In this document: positions 33,105 through 44,510 of the stretch, one piece after another
Layout of the letters: the number at the start of each line of letters is the position of its first letter
Position numbering within the stretch: the stretch's first letter is position 1
Source: Eledone cirrhosa
Lineage: Eukaryota
Assembly: GCA_964016885.1 (NCBI GenBank)
Contig: OZ024744.1
Span: forward strand, 71,920,001 to 71,984,000
DNA length: 64,000 nt
Direction: 5' to 3'
Made by a program: the position numbers and the translations under genes
Notes under the pieces: model-generated
Databases searched by the model: none
Told to the model about the DNA's origin: nothing
Seen by the model: only the letters and a program-made list of their open reading frames with translations

Positions 33105-33255
33105 TACTGTCAATCTAAATAATAAATACACGTACAGTGATGAAGGTTAATCGACCAAAAAGAAAAGAAATGACACCTAATTGACGCATAGTCCCAATAG
33201 ATGATAATATATTTCCCAAAGACACCGGACGACTAGTGAACTAAAAAGATCTGAA

Positions 33256-33377
33256 AATAATTGTTTCTACTTTAGGCACAAGGCCAGCAATCACCCAGTG
33301 CATTACTGGTATTTTATTTTATCGACCCCGTAAGGATGAAAGGCAAAGTCAACCTCGGCGGGATTTGAACTCAGATC
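33256..33377 (-). mobile_element. SINE, partial
   Basis: ggcacaaggccagc...cggcgggatttgaactcaga. Confidence 0.82.
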
Positions 33378-33602
33378 GTCTGAAAATAATAATAACCAGA
33401 ATGTGGATGTTAAAAACAGAGACAGAGCTCTGGAAATAATAAAAATTGCAAACAAATATTTAACTAAACTTCTAGGACTTATATAGAGTGCATTCGATAC
33501 AATAGAAACGGCATCATAAAAAAACAACACTGCACTTACCCAAGGCACACAAAGCCGCGCTCGGTGCTACAGTGACAACACGCAATAAACACAAGACATA
33601 GT

Positions 33603-33796
33603 AATAATTGTTTCTACTTTTGGCACAAGGCCAGCAATTATTCCAGTGCATTACTGGTACTTTATTTTATCGACCCCGTAAGGATGAAAGGCAAAGTTAA
33701 CCTCGGCGGGATTTGAACTCAGATCATAAAGGGAGGTAACTCTATGCTTCAAAGCATGGCGTCCGACCCTTACCGATACTGCCAATCCACCGCCCT
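33603..33796 (-). mobile_element. tRNA-derived SINE
   Basis: Full-length homologue ending at gccaatccaccgccc. Confidence 0.85.
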
Positions 33797-34746
33797 AGTA
33801 ATAGTAATAATAATAATTATTATGAAAATAATAATAAGATTATCTAAAAATCAAATGAAAAACAAGAGAAACATTTTAGAAAACATTTAAAGCATTAATA
33901 CAGGAAATATAAAGAATTGAGTGTTCGTCTGCGAATATGCTATAAAATCGCTTATAAAATAGGGTGATGACTCCTAAAGACGGAAAAAGAGGTTGCCAAT
34001 CACCTGCTAAGAGGAATCGAACCTTATATCTTCCAAATCCCGGCTAGTTATTTGAAAGAAAGAGGGCATATAAAAATATGACGTCCCTTCCTCACAAGCA
34101 TTGCTGGAAAATATTGTAATAAAATTGCTTCAACCACGAATTGCTCGTGATACCAGGTTTGTGGCTGCTCTGTATCTTGCTAGTGTAATGTTGTTTTTTT
34201 TTTTTTTTTATTTATTTATCTTTTATCGTTTGCTCTACGATACTCGGTAACTTGGTTCAATAACACGATTGGCAATTGACACGAAATGTTCACATTTTCA
34301 CTAATCTTTTAGACACTTAAAAAGAAACAGAAAAAATATATGCAAACTTGTAATAGCATGATGGGACAATATTAGTATAAATAAAACCATATTGATTCAA
34401 TAAAAGCTCTCTCTCCTCTCCACCCATACATTAAATAAACAATTTTGCTGAAAACGAGAAAAACAACTGAAATCTTTCCAAATAACATCCGCTTCTCATC
34501 GACACACATGAATAAATAAAAGAGTGTTGACACATTTCTTGTTGGAAAATGTAAATATATAAAACAGGCTAATACTAATCATTGAAGATTCCAATCAATA
34601 ACACTGCTAATTCCTTCGGAATTCTTCAGGAATGTAAGCAAATTTTCCCACTGAAAAAGCAGGCACATTTATATATTGAGAAAGACACATGCACGTTTAC
34701 GTGTACATATATACAAACACACACAGGTATACATAGAAATAAGTAC

Positions 34747-34748
<2 letters not shown>

Positions 34749-34834
<86 letters not shown>

Positions 34835-34954
34835 GTCTCTCTCTATCTCTCTCTTTCTCTCTCCATCTCTCTCTCTTTAGATATATATATATATTTGTAT
34901 GTGTGTGTATGTCTCTCTCTCTCTGTCTCCATTTTTCTCTCTCTCTACTTCTGC

Positions 34955-35020
<66 letters not shown>
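34749..35020. repeat. Compound microsatellite (CTAT)n/(CT)n/(TA)n
   Basis: Seen directly. Confidence 0.95.
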
Positions 35021-35023
<3 letters not shown>

Positions 35024-35024
35024 A

Positions 35025-35199
35025 TTTTCGCTCTACATGACTGAATACAATAAATGTAATCTGAGTTTTTCGAATATTAATAATAACATTCGATTCATTT
35101 GCAATTATGCAAACAAACGTCATTTTAAAGCCAGTAGAATGAACCCTTCATTCTTGCTCTTGTGTTGGCATGTAAACAGAACTGCAGATTACATTTATT
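35025..35199 (-). mobile_element. Family G non-autonomous element, copy truncated at the hammerhead cleavage site
   Basis: Homologous to 37695-37863; followed by a short inverted piece and (TA)n. Confidence 0.75.
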
Positions 35200-35361
35200 A
35201 TATATAAATAAATATATATATATATATGCAGAGGTTATATTTAATTTGTTGGGATACAACAAGCTTAAACATATTTTTATACTGATATAAAGCACTCAAC
35301 AGTTATTGGAGTAAATATACAATATATTAACAAATGGAAACCATATCTATAAAACCATATT

Positions 35362-35427
35362 TATTTTATGATACATATTTCAAGGGCCACCAAGGCAAAT
35401 TATGGTGCGCTTTCATCAGATAAAATA
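35362..35427 (-). ncRNA. Type I hammerhead ribozyme (family A)
   Basis: Minus strand: tattttat CTGATGA aagcgcacc..ggtggccctt GAAA tatgta TC ataaaata; 8-bp stem I. Confidence 0.8.
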
Positions 35428-35519
35428 CAATACAGATTAGTTTTATAGGAAGCTCCAACCGTTAAGGTTGTCTTTTTTCAGGATATGTCAATATTTATTT
35501 ATAAAACTAATCTGTATTG

Positions 35520-35585
35520 TATTTTATCTGAAGAAAGCGCACCATAATTTGCCTTGGTGGCTCTTGAAATATGTATAATAAAATA
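35520..35585 (+). ncRNA. Type I hammerhead ribozyme (family A)
   Basis: tattttat CTGAAGA ... GAAA tatgta TA ataaaata. Confidence 0.78.
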
Positions 35586-35627
35586 AATATGGTTTTATAG
35601 ATATGGTTTCCATTTGTTAATATATTG

Positions 35628-35660
<33 letters not shown>

Positions 35661-35662
<2 letters not shown>

Positions 35663-35885
35663 GAATGTATATATAGTATATTTGGCAATAAAAACATTTA
35701 GAAGACCATTCGCTATCAGTTTTAAAGTAGTGACTATGTCACTTATTTTCTGCAAAGGAAGGGAGAGAGGCTGACAGTCTGTTTCTCGCAGTTTGGCGTT
35801 TATCAAAAGCACGCACTCCTCTGCCTTTGCTGAGAATTATAGAAGCTGGATTCTTATAGAATTCCAGTAATAATCAGGAGCTGAT
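35661..35885 (-). mobile_element. Family B retrozyme-like element, partial; hammerhead at 35769-35812 with TTGATAA core
   Basis: Homologous to 37283-37660 and 38664-39449; minus strand TTGATAA acgc caaact gcga GAAA cagactg TC agcc. Confidence 0.7.
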
Positions 35886-35948
35886 TCCAACGTTTCAGAC
35901 GAAATTTACATTTTTATTTTGTAATATACGTTCGTTTCCGCAAGTGAA

Positions 35949-36280
35949 ATAATGGTTTCTAACTTAGGCACAAGGCCGGCAATTTTGGCGGAGGGAAAAT
36001 CGATTAAATCGACCCCAGTACATTACTAGAATTTTATTTTTTCGACTCTGTAAGGATGAAAGGTAAAGTTAACCTTGGTAGGATTTAAACTCAGACTGTA
36101 AAGGGCCGTAAGTCTATGGCGTCCGACCCTCTACCGATACTGCCAATCTACCGCCATAAAATAATTGTTTCTACTTTTGGCACAAGGCCAGCAATTACCC
36201 AGAGCATTACTGGTACTTTATTTTATCGACCCCGTAAGGATGAAAGGCAAAGGTAACCTCGGCGGAATTTGAACTCAGAA
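35949..36280 (-). mobile_element. Two tandem SINE copies (35949-36155 and 36160-36280)
   Basis: Both match the SINE consensus seen elsewhere in the window. Confidence 0.85.
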
Positions 36281-36824
36281 TGGCTTAAAGATAAGGTCAG
36301 TCAAAAGTTCTTAGTTAAGTAAGATTCCAGTATATGGGTGTCAATCCATATGTTATCCAGCATAAAGTCCCCCCCCCCCCCCCCCAAAAAAAAATCCCGA
36401 CACTTATTGATTTCATTTCTTTTGTGTCATCGTTTAAACCTCTCTAATAAAACACGAAACAAATATATATATATAGAGAGAGAGTGATGACAACATGAAT
36501 GGACTTGTTATTTTTCTCTAAAAACAATTTTTCCGATTCCGCCCTGCCCGGCTCTTCAATTTCTCATTCTTTCTTCTGGTGAAGGACTAGCGTCCGAAAT
36601 GTTAAGACCCTCTTCCTGCTATTTCAAGCGTTAAACTAATATATTCCTTCCATATACTGTACCGATTGTGTTGTTATTTCTGTTTACTTTTTACATATAT
36701 ATATTTATATATATACAGCAAAGAGAGAGTAAGACAGAGACAGAGAGAAAGTAAGAGAGAAAATATAGAGAAATAGATAGAGAGAGTAAGAGAGAGACAC
36801 AGAGAAAATAAGAGAGAGAGATAG

Positions 36825-36876
<52 letters not shown>

Positions 36877-37181
36877 CGGATGCGTGTATACAATTATACA
36901 TATATATATATATGTGTGTGTGCGGTCGCACGCGTGTGTATTTCCATGTATAATATATAATTCCATGTATAATATATAAAAACAATTAATATATGAAAAT
37001 AAACGTAAGATTGTTTGACGTTAATCACAAATTTGCTGTATAAAGAACAACTGAACACATTAGCGTTGATGCGCAAATATATATTCTATTAATTGTGTAT
37101 CAGTATGTGTCTCGTTCAGTTGAACCTAACTGTATATCTCTCTCTCTCTATCTCTGTCTCTTTCTATCTCTCTGTCACTCG

Positions 37182-37239
<58 letters not shown>

Positions 37240-37268
37240 CTATCTATCTATCTCTATCTATCTATTTA

Positions 37269-37662
37269 TCCAGCAAAAATTAGGTATATTACCAAATATA
37301 CTATACATACATTCATGTATACTTCGCTATTTCAGAGAACCAATTCCATTACCTAATTTTTGTTGGATCGGCAATTGCTCTGTATAATCAGCTCCTCATT
37401 ATTACTGAAATTCTATAAGAATCCAGCCTCTATAATTTTCGTCGGAAGCAGGGGAGTGCGTGGCTCTGATGAACGCCAACACTGGTTGGCGTTCATCAGA
37501 CTGTCAGATTGTCTCCCTTCTTTCGCCAAAAAGAAGTAAGTGACATAGTCACTACTTTAAAGCTGATAAATATGGTCTTCTAAATGTTTTTAATCAAACA
37601 TACGGTATATTGCCAAATATACTATACATACATTGATGTATACATCGCTATTTCAGAGCGCC
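37269..37662 (+). mobile_element. Family B retrozyme-like element, ~1.2 monomers (period ~321 bp)
   Basis: ggtatatt(a/g)ccaaatatactatacatac occurs at 37283 and again at 37604; the hammerhead is altered by a fold-back at 37465-37500. Confidence 0.78.
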
Positions 37663-37694
37663 TATCCAAATATATATATATAGAGAGAGAAAAT

Positions 37695-38100
37695 GTTCGC
37701 TCTACGTGGCTGAATACAATAAATGTAATCTGAGTTTTTCGAATATTAATAATAACATTCAATTTGTTCGCAATTGTGCAAATAAGCCTAATTTTCATAG
37801 CCATGTCAGTAGAATGAACTCTTCATTCTTGCTCTTGTGTTGGCATGTAAACAGAACTGCAGACACTAATGTTTCTGGGTATCACCCTTCATCAGTACAG
37901 CTCACTGTTCACCTGCCAAACTGTCAGAGCTAGTGAAGATACATGCTATTTTCTAAAATATACAGTGACTGATCGGTCTGATTTGCATATTAGCACACTG
38001 GCTGATCAGTCAGATTGTATATTAGGAGATCCATTGATCAACCAGATTTGCATGTCAGCACACTGGCCAGTCAGTTTCCCGTATACGAGCGATATTATTA
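37695..38100 (-). mobile_element. Family G non-autonomous element
   Basis: Shares 37695-37863 with 35025-35188; contains a hammerhead; right boundary approximate. Confidence 0.65.
37854..37903 (-). ncRNA. Type I hammerhead ribozyme (family G)
   Basis: Minus strand: gagctgta CTGATGA agggt gat accca GAAA ca ttag tg TC tgcagttc; 8-bp stem I with wobbles, GUC site; A-A mismatch at the base of stem II. Confidence 0.75.
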
Positions 38101-38116
38101 CGCTGGTGTCCATCAT

Positions 38117-38341
38117 AAGCAAAGGGGACAACCATCTATAGAATACTACTTCTATTCTATTATAAGTTGAGCCAACTTATGCAGCTTCATATGCAAATGA
38201 GATTAATCACCTCATTTACACAGGCGAGAAAACTATATATTCTCGATTGTTTTCAAGTCCAGCAGTTGCAAGCGGTGGGAGGGACCGTCGCGAGGAAGGC
38301 CAGTCAAGCCTGAAATGCATAGACGGTTGTCCCCCTAGCTT
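38117..38341. mobile_element. Possible MITE
   Basis: About 23-bp imperfect terminal inverted repeats aagcaaaggggacaaccatctat / atagacggttgtccccctagctt; no clear TSD. Confidence 0.45.
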
Positions 38342-38577
38342 CTGCTGGACACCACCAGAGGACGTTAGCCCCGGTGTTTGCATAGCTATGGCTTCCTAAA
38401 ACCGTGTTTCTTTAGAAATACGAAATTTTTATACATATTTGTATAAAGCTATGCTTGAAGCGAAATATTACTTATATTCTATCTCCAAACCTGCATTGTT
38501 CTGGCCTTCTACCTTCAAACGTTTATACCTCACTACACAATGCTTCAAGTAAACTAACAATTCCTTCTCTCTCTCTC

Positions 38578-38664
<87 letters not shown>

Positions 38665-38807
38665 TGAAATAGCGATGTATGTTTGAATGTATGTATAGTA
38701 CATTTGATAATATATTCTATGTTTATTTAAAACATTTTGAAGACCATTCGTTATGAGTTTTAAAGTAGTTACTATGTCACTTACTTTGTCTCGGCAAAAA
38801 CAAAGGG

Positions 38808-38849
38808 AAGCAACCAACAGCTGTTTCTCGTTTGTTATCAAGATTGCTT
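38808..38849 (-). ncRNA. Minimal hammerhead variant (U3-A8 core, no stem II)
   Basis: Minus strand: aagcaatc TTGATAA caaacga GAAA cagctg TT ggttgctt; 8-bp stem I, palindromic stem III. Confidence 0.6.
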
Positions 38850-39301
38850 ATCCCCTCGCTTCTGCCGAGACTTATCAAAGCTGGATTCTTATAGAATTCC
38901 AGTGACGTTGAAGAGCTAATTAAGCAGAGCAGTTGCCGGTCCAGCAAAAATTAGAAATTAGTATCAGTGCTCTGAAATAGCGATGTATGTATGAATGTAT
39001 GAATGTATGTATAGTATATTTGATAATATACTGTATGTTTATTTAAAGACAAAGTAAGTGACATAGTCACTACTTTAAAACTCATAGCGAATGGTCTTCA
39101 AAATGTTTTTGAATAAACATACAGTATATTATCAAATATACTATATATATATACATTCATACATACATCGCTATTTCAGAGCACTGCTACTAATTTCTAA
39201 TTTTTGCTGGACCGGCAACTGCTCTGCTTAATCAGCTCTTAAACATCACTGGAATTATATAAGAATCCAGCTTCGATAAGTCTCGGCAGAAGCGAGGGGA
39301 T

Positions 39302-39343
39302 AAGCAATCTTGATAACAAACGAGAAACAGCTGTTGGGTGCTT
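39302..39343 (+). ncRNA. Minimal hammerhead variant (U3-A8 core), second copy
   Basis: aagcaatc TTGATAA caaacga GAAA cagctg TT gggtgctt. Confidence 0.55.
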
Positions 39344-39445
39344 CCCTTTGTTTCTGTCGAGACACAGTAAGTGACATAGCGAATGGTCTTCAACATGTTT
39401 TAAAATAAACATAGAGTATATTATCAAATATACTATACATACATT

Positions 39446-39499
<54 letters not shown>

Positions 39500-39719
39500 C
39501 GGTACATTTTTTGCCAGTCAGCTGGTGGACTGACCAGATATAGTAGAATGCATAAAGGCACACCCCCAGGTATTGCTAGAAGACAGACAGTTCAAGTTTC
39601 ACACCTATAAACATGCCTGCAAAATCAAAAGTGGGTCTGAAACGTCGCCTGCATCCACATGATCGTTCAATGTTCAATGAAAGGAAGGACGGTACTCTTC
39701 TGCAAAGAAGTAGCAATCA

Positions 39720-39782
<63 letters not shown>

Positions 39783-39786
<4 letters not shown>

Positions 39787-40063
39787 GAGGTTATATTTAA
39801 TTTGTTGGGATACAACAAGCTTAAAAATATTTTTATAACTGATATAAAGCAATCAACAAATTATTCGATTAAATATATAATATATTAACAAATGGAAACT
39901 ATATTTATAAAACCATATTTATTTTATTATACATATTTCAAGGGCCACCAAGGCAAGTTATAGTGCGCTTTCATCAGATAAAATACAATACAGATTAGTT
40001 TTATAAATAAATATTGACATACCCTTAAAAAAGAAAACCTTAACGGTTTGAGCTTCCTGGATA
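39783..40063 (-). mobile_element. Family A element with hammerhead at 39920-39985
   Basis: Homologous to 35227-35500; intact CTGATGA...GAAA tatgta TA; (TA)n both sides. Confidence 0.8.
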
Positions 40064-40107
<44 letters not shown>

Positions 40108-41274
40108 GTACACACACACACACATGCACATGTAATGTATATATGTGTGCTTGTGTTTGTGTGTTTCTGTATGTGTCTCTATGTGCATTTGTAAACTGCT
40201 TATCTTGTTACGTATCTATATGTAACGTGTCTGACTTCCGCGTAATGTTTGTACGTCTGTATATTATATCCAATGTCATCTCCTATCAAATACTATTCTG
40301 ACAAACATCTGGGCATATGGTCAAATATGATTGGTACAGTAACCGCAAACGGCCTGTTGTTGGCAATAAAAAATCAAAAAAATCATGAAAATTTGATAGC
40401 TTCAGCCGATGCCATCACCCCATCATCTGACACATATAGTTATCTATAAAGGTTTATCTTTCACTTATTTTCTCTCTCTATTTCTCTCTCCTTTCTATCT
40501 CTCCCTTCATCTCTCTCTCAATCTCTTCGTTTTTCTCTCCTTTTTTATTTGATATATTTACAAACATTCTCCATATGCGTATTCATATAAAGTTGATGGA
40601 TTTATTAAAAATGAGCACACACACACACACACTCTCTCTCTCTCTTTCTCACTCACACACATACACGCGCGCACACATATATATAACATATATAAATATA
40701 TATATATATATATATTTTTTCACTGATCGGTTTCCGTTGTCTTTGTTTGTTGTGCCCCCACCTTGTTTTTATACATAGTCGATATTCTTAACCAGGCAGA
40801 CCTTTTTTTACCCCTATCAAAAATAGACTTTACACCGCCCAATATCTAACTTCCTTTCATCATTCTTTTTTCTTCTTTCCTTTCCTCTGTCTCCCTGGCA
40901 TTCCTCTTTGTCTTCGTGCATAAGACTGTTGTCCAAATATATATATATTTCCTATTTTCTTCTTTCTATTTTTTCTAGTTTTTGGTTCATCTACCCTGTA
41001 CCGCGTTTATTTCTCTTCCCTTTCAGTTGAAACTCATTGTTTTGTAGCATTTATTTTTTATTTTTATTTGTACAATTCAGGGAAAGGCACAACTTTTCCC
41101 TTGTCTTCCAGTTTTGATACGTCCTAATGTGCGCTAGAAAAATTCTATTAACCTTTATAACCGAAACTATAGTAATTTCCAGGGGTTGGTGGAAGACAAG
41201 AGACAGGCCGTTTCCATTACTTTATTGCGCTTCCTTTGTTTTGTGTTTCGGCTGAAGCTATCAAATTTTGTCTT

Positions 41275-41483
<209 letters not shown>

Positions 41484-41775
41484 CCCCCCATACACTCACA
41501 TGTGTAAGACATGTAATAGCAAACTACGCGACGTAATAAAAAAAAGCACAGTGACAACCTTCCTTGAGCAGATTTAAAAATAAAGCTCGATCTGGATTTT
41601 GCCGGATTACATGTCTTTCGTTTTTAAATGCTGCAGCTCACTGCAGATTACTGTATGCACACATTCAAAGCTGCGTTTAGGTATATCAATACACGTATAT
41701 AGATATACTCGCACACACTTATAATAGATACACACAGACACAGACACACACAAACAAACAAACAAACACACACAC

Positions 41776-41839
<64 letters not shown>

Positions 41840-41851
41840 GTGTGTGTATTT

Positions 41852-43407
41852 GATATAAACATCGTAGTAAAAACACCCCACTAGAGAAAAACACAATGGA
41901 AAGCATCCAGCAAATAGCTAACTCCATCCACCAGAGTATTAGAGTTACTATAGACTATCCAAGTAAACACCCCAACCATCGATTACCTGTACTAGACACA
42001 GAGCTCTGGTTAGATACCATTAATAACAAAAAACAAATCCTCCATTCCCATTATGCCAAACCCATGACTTCCAAATATCTGATCCACCGAAACTCACCTG
42101 TTTCGGACCATACGAAAATCAACATACTGATTGAGGATTTGGTACGAGTGATGAGAAACATGTCCCGCATGTGCAACCCCAAAGAACTAGAGAGACACAT
42201 ACAACACTTCATCCACCGTATGCAGTTTGCTGGTTACAATCAGAGAGAAAAATCAGCGTATATAGAGGAGCCAGAACCAAATGGGAAAAAGTGGTAAATA
42301 ATGACACAAATGGGACCTGCCCCTTGTATAGGAGAAAATTTTTGAATAGAATAGAAAGAACTAGGAATAAGGCTCATAGAATAAACTCATGGTATGATAG
42401 CAATAAATACCAGAGTGTAATGTTCATCGATACAACCCCTAGAGGTGAATTAGCTTACAAATTTAGAAGGGCCCTAGATAAACATAAACTCAATATTAAG
42501 ATAGTAGAAAGACCAGGTACCTCCATAAAAACACTTATTAGCAATACATACTCTTTTCAAAGACCTCCCTGTATAGATAAGAAATGTATAATCTGTAAAT
42601 TAAGCCCCCATATTAACTGTAAAACTAGAAATGTAGTATATAGCATAAGATGTACTGAAGGACAATGTAGAGATAAAAATATAGTGTACATAGGTGAGAC
42701 AGCTCGTAGTATAGGGGAACGGATAAATGAACACTGGCGAGATCTTCAAGATAATAAAGAATCCTCTGTACTCTACCAACATGCTAAAATAGAACTTAAG
42801 GGTAAATTAGAGAACATAGAAATAAAAATAGAATCTACAGACAGAAAAGACGCAATGTTTAGACAAATCACAGAGGCAATAAACATAAATGAACTCCAAC
42901 AAAAATTAAATAGAAAACATGAGTGGAACAGCAGCATCACAACTTACAATTAAGGACAAAATGAAAACACACACACGCACATAGAACAAACAACCAACCA
43001 GTAACATGTAAATAAACAAATAAGTAAACGAATATAAACACACACAGACACCCGGATGTAACACATGCGCAAACTAAGCACACAGCCCACAAAAACAAGA
43101 TGGCGTAGGACAGAACAAAGGAGAGGCACAAAGACAAAGAAAAGAATCCCCAGTCACTGAAGAGGCCACAGAATGTGTGACGAAAGAACTTTGACAATAT
43201 ATAAACAATCATCTGGTTGTGGAACCAACCAACCAACTGGAAATTTATAAATTCCTAAATTTATAAATTTAATTTATAATAAATTGAAGTGAAAGCAATT
43301 GGTGCGTGTGTTTCTTATTGGCAACATGACGCTCCCAAAGTATAACAATATCGGTTTCAACACACGTTTTCAGATAAAGACTCTTGCTAAACAAATTCAG
43401 AAACGAA
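41852..43407 (+). mobile_element. 5'-truncated Penelope-like element (RT thumb + GIY-YIG + UTR + start of next ORF)
   Basis: ORFs 41896-42297 and 42171-42953 (frameshifted) are homologous to the C-terminus of the 1210-aa ORF (VVYSIRC...YIGET). Ends with MTLPKYNNIGFNTRFQIKTLAKQIQKR, then (TA)n. Confidence 0.92.
43153..43195 (+). ncRNA. Hammerhead motif in PLE UTR
   Basis: gtca CTGAAGA ggccaca gaa tgtgtgac GAAA gaac TT tgac; position equivalent to the pLTR hammerhead of the intact PLE. Confidence 0.62.
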
Positions 43408-43555
43408 ATATATATATATATATATATATGTAGGAGGTGAGTTTTATTGCAGTACAATAAAGCAATGCAAATATCGAATAAGTAGCACTCTACAGTTTGT
43501 AGGACTGGAGTATAAATAATATATAAGATTAAAAGATGGTTAAAAGAGTTCCATG

Positions 43556-43626
43556 TATTTTATTATGCGCATTTCAAAAACAAATATCATCATGCGATGA
43601 CATTTGCGTTTTCGTCAGATAAAATA
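43556..43626 (-). ncRNA. Type I hammerhead ribozyme (family D)
   Basis: Reverse complement of 43749-43819. Confidence 0.82.
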
Positions 43627-43748
43627 GGGAGACATGATATGAAGGTTAAAAAACACTTGTGAATAGTGCAGTTTTAAATCAACATATACATGCTGATTTA
43701 AAACTGCACTATTCACAAGTGTTTTTTAACCTTCATATCATGTCTCCC

Positions 43749-43819
43749 TATTTTATCTGACGAAAACGCAAATGTCATCGCATGATGATATTTGTTTTTG
43801 AAATGCGCATAATAAAATA
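43749..43819 (+). ncRNA. Type I hammerhead ribozyme (family D)
   Basis: tattttat CTGACGA aaacgcaaatgtcatc gcat gatgatatttgttttt GAAA tgcgca TA ataaaata; palindromic stem III. Confidence 0.85.
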
Positions 43820-44074
43820 CATGGAACTCTTTTAACCATCTTTTGATCTTATATATTATATATATAAATGTATGTACACGTACATACATATATGTATACA
43901 GATGTACAGTAGTATGTATATATATATACATACATGCACACATATATATATGTAGGTATGGATTCACCGAACATTTATTATAATGCTCGGTGTGTTTGTA
44001 AACAAACATCCCGAATTAAGCCGTACAGTGTCTAGCAACCATCGTTGCTCATTTGTTCAACACTGACAAAGGAA

Positions 44075-44116
44075 CACTGTACTAGTTTCAAGCTTATTAG
44101 CTATCGTCAGCAACGT
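44075..44116 (-). ncRNA. Minimal type I hammerhead (family H)
   Basis: Minus strand: acgttg CTGACGA t agct aata agct t GAAA ctag TA cagtgt. Confidence 0.68.
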
Positions 44117-44232
44117 ATACCTTCCTGCCAGCTGGTTGAACGTTTGAAAGTATATACTTTCCTTATGCATATTAACGGCTGAGCAGCCTAATTTGCATAT
44201 CGAGTGAGTTAATCGGCCGGGCGCACCGAAAA

Positions 44233-44280
<48 letters not shown>

Positions 44281-44285
<5 letters not shown>

Positions 44286-44510
44286 GATTGGTGCTCTGAA
44301 ATAGCGATGTATGTATAACATATTTGGTGATATACCGTGTGTTTAATTAAAACCATTTTGAAGACCTTGCGCTAATATTTTAAAGTAGTGACTATGTCAC
44401 TTACGTCTTTTTACAACAAGGGAAGGGAGATAAGCTGACAGATATGTTTCACACTGTTGGTGTTCATCCATTCATGTATACATCGCTATTTCAGAGCACC
44501 AATCCTAATT
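44281..44510 (-). mobile_element. Family B element fragment with terminal inversion
   Basis: 44281-44315 is inverted at about 44477-44509; the hammerhead is cut in its core (GATGA acac caaca gtgt GAAA catatctg TC agc). Confidence 0.72.

Larger units (their letters stand above)
35227..35630. mobile_element. Family A hammerhead-bearing PLE-type insert with internal inversion
   Basis: Arms at about 35316-35447 and 35499-35630 are inverted; (TA)n both sides; uninverted copy at 39783-40063. Confidence 0.8.
38664..39449. mobile_element. Family B retrozyme-like element: two oppositely oriented >1-mers (period ~307 bp)
   Basis: tctgaaatagcgatgtatg occurs at 38664 and 38971; orientation flips at about 39048; (TA)n both sides. 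Confidence 0.82.
43429..43860. mobile_element. Family D hammerhead element as a ~165-bp-arm palindrome
   Basis: About 43517-43681 is the near-perfect reverse complement of about 43694-43858; (TA)n both sides. Confidence 0.85.

Noticed and set aside
36572-36607. Hammerhead-like ctggtga aggac tagc gtcc gaaa
   Set aside because: Core A6 is mutated; probably a decayed PLE-type hammerhead, not called as functional.
39574-39645. Long-stem hammerhead-like relic (ctagaaga cagac...gtct gaaacgtcg)
   Set aside because: Core and cleavage triplet are both non-canonical.
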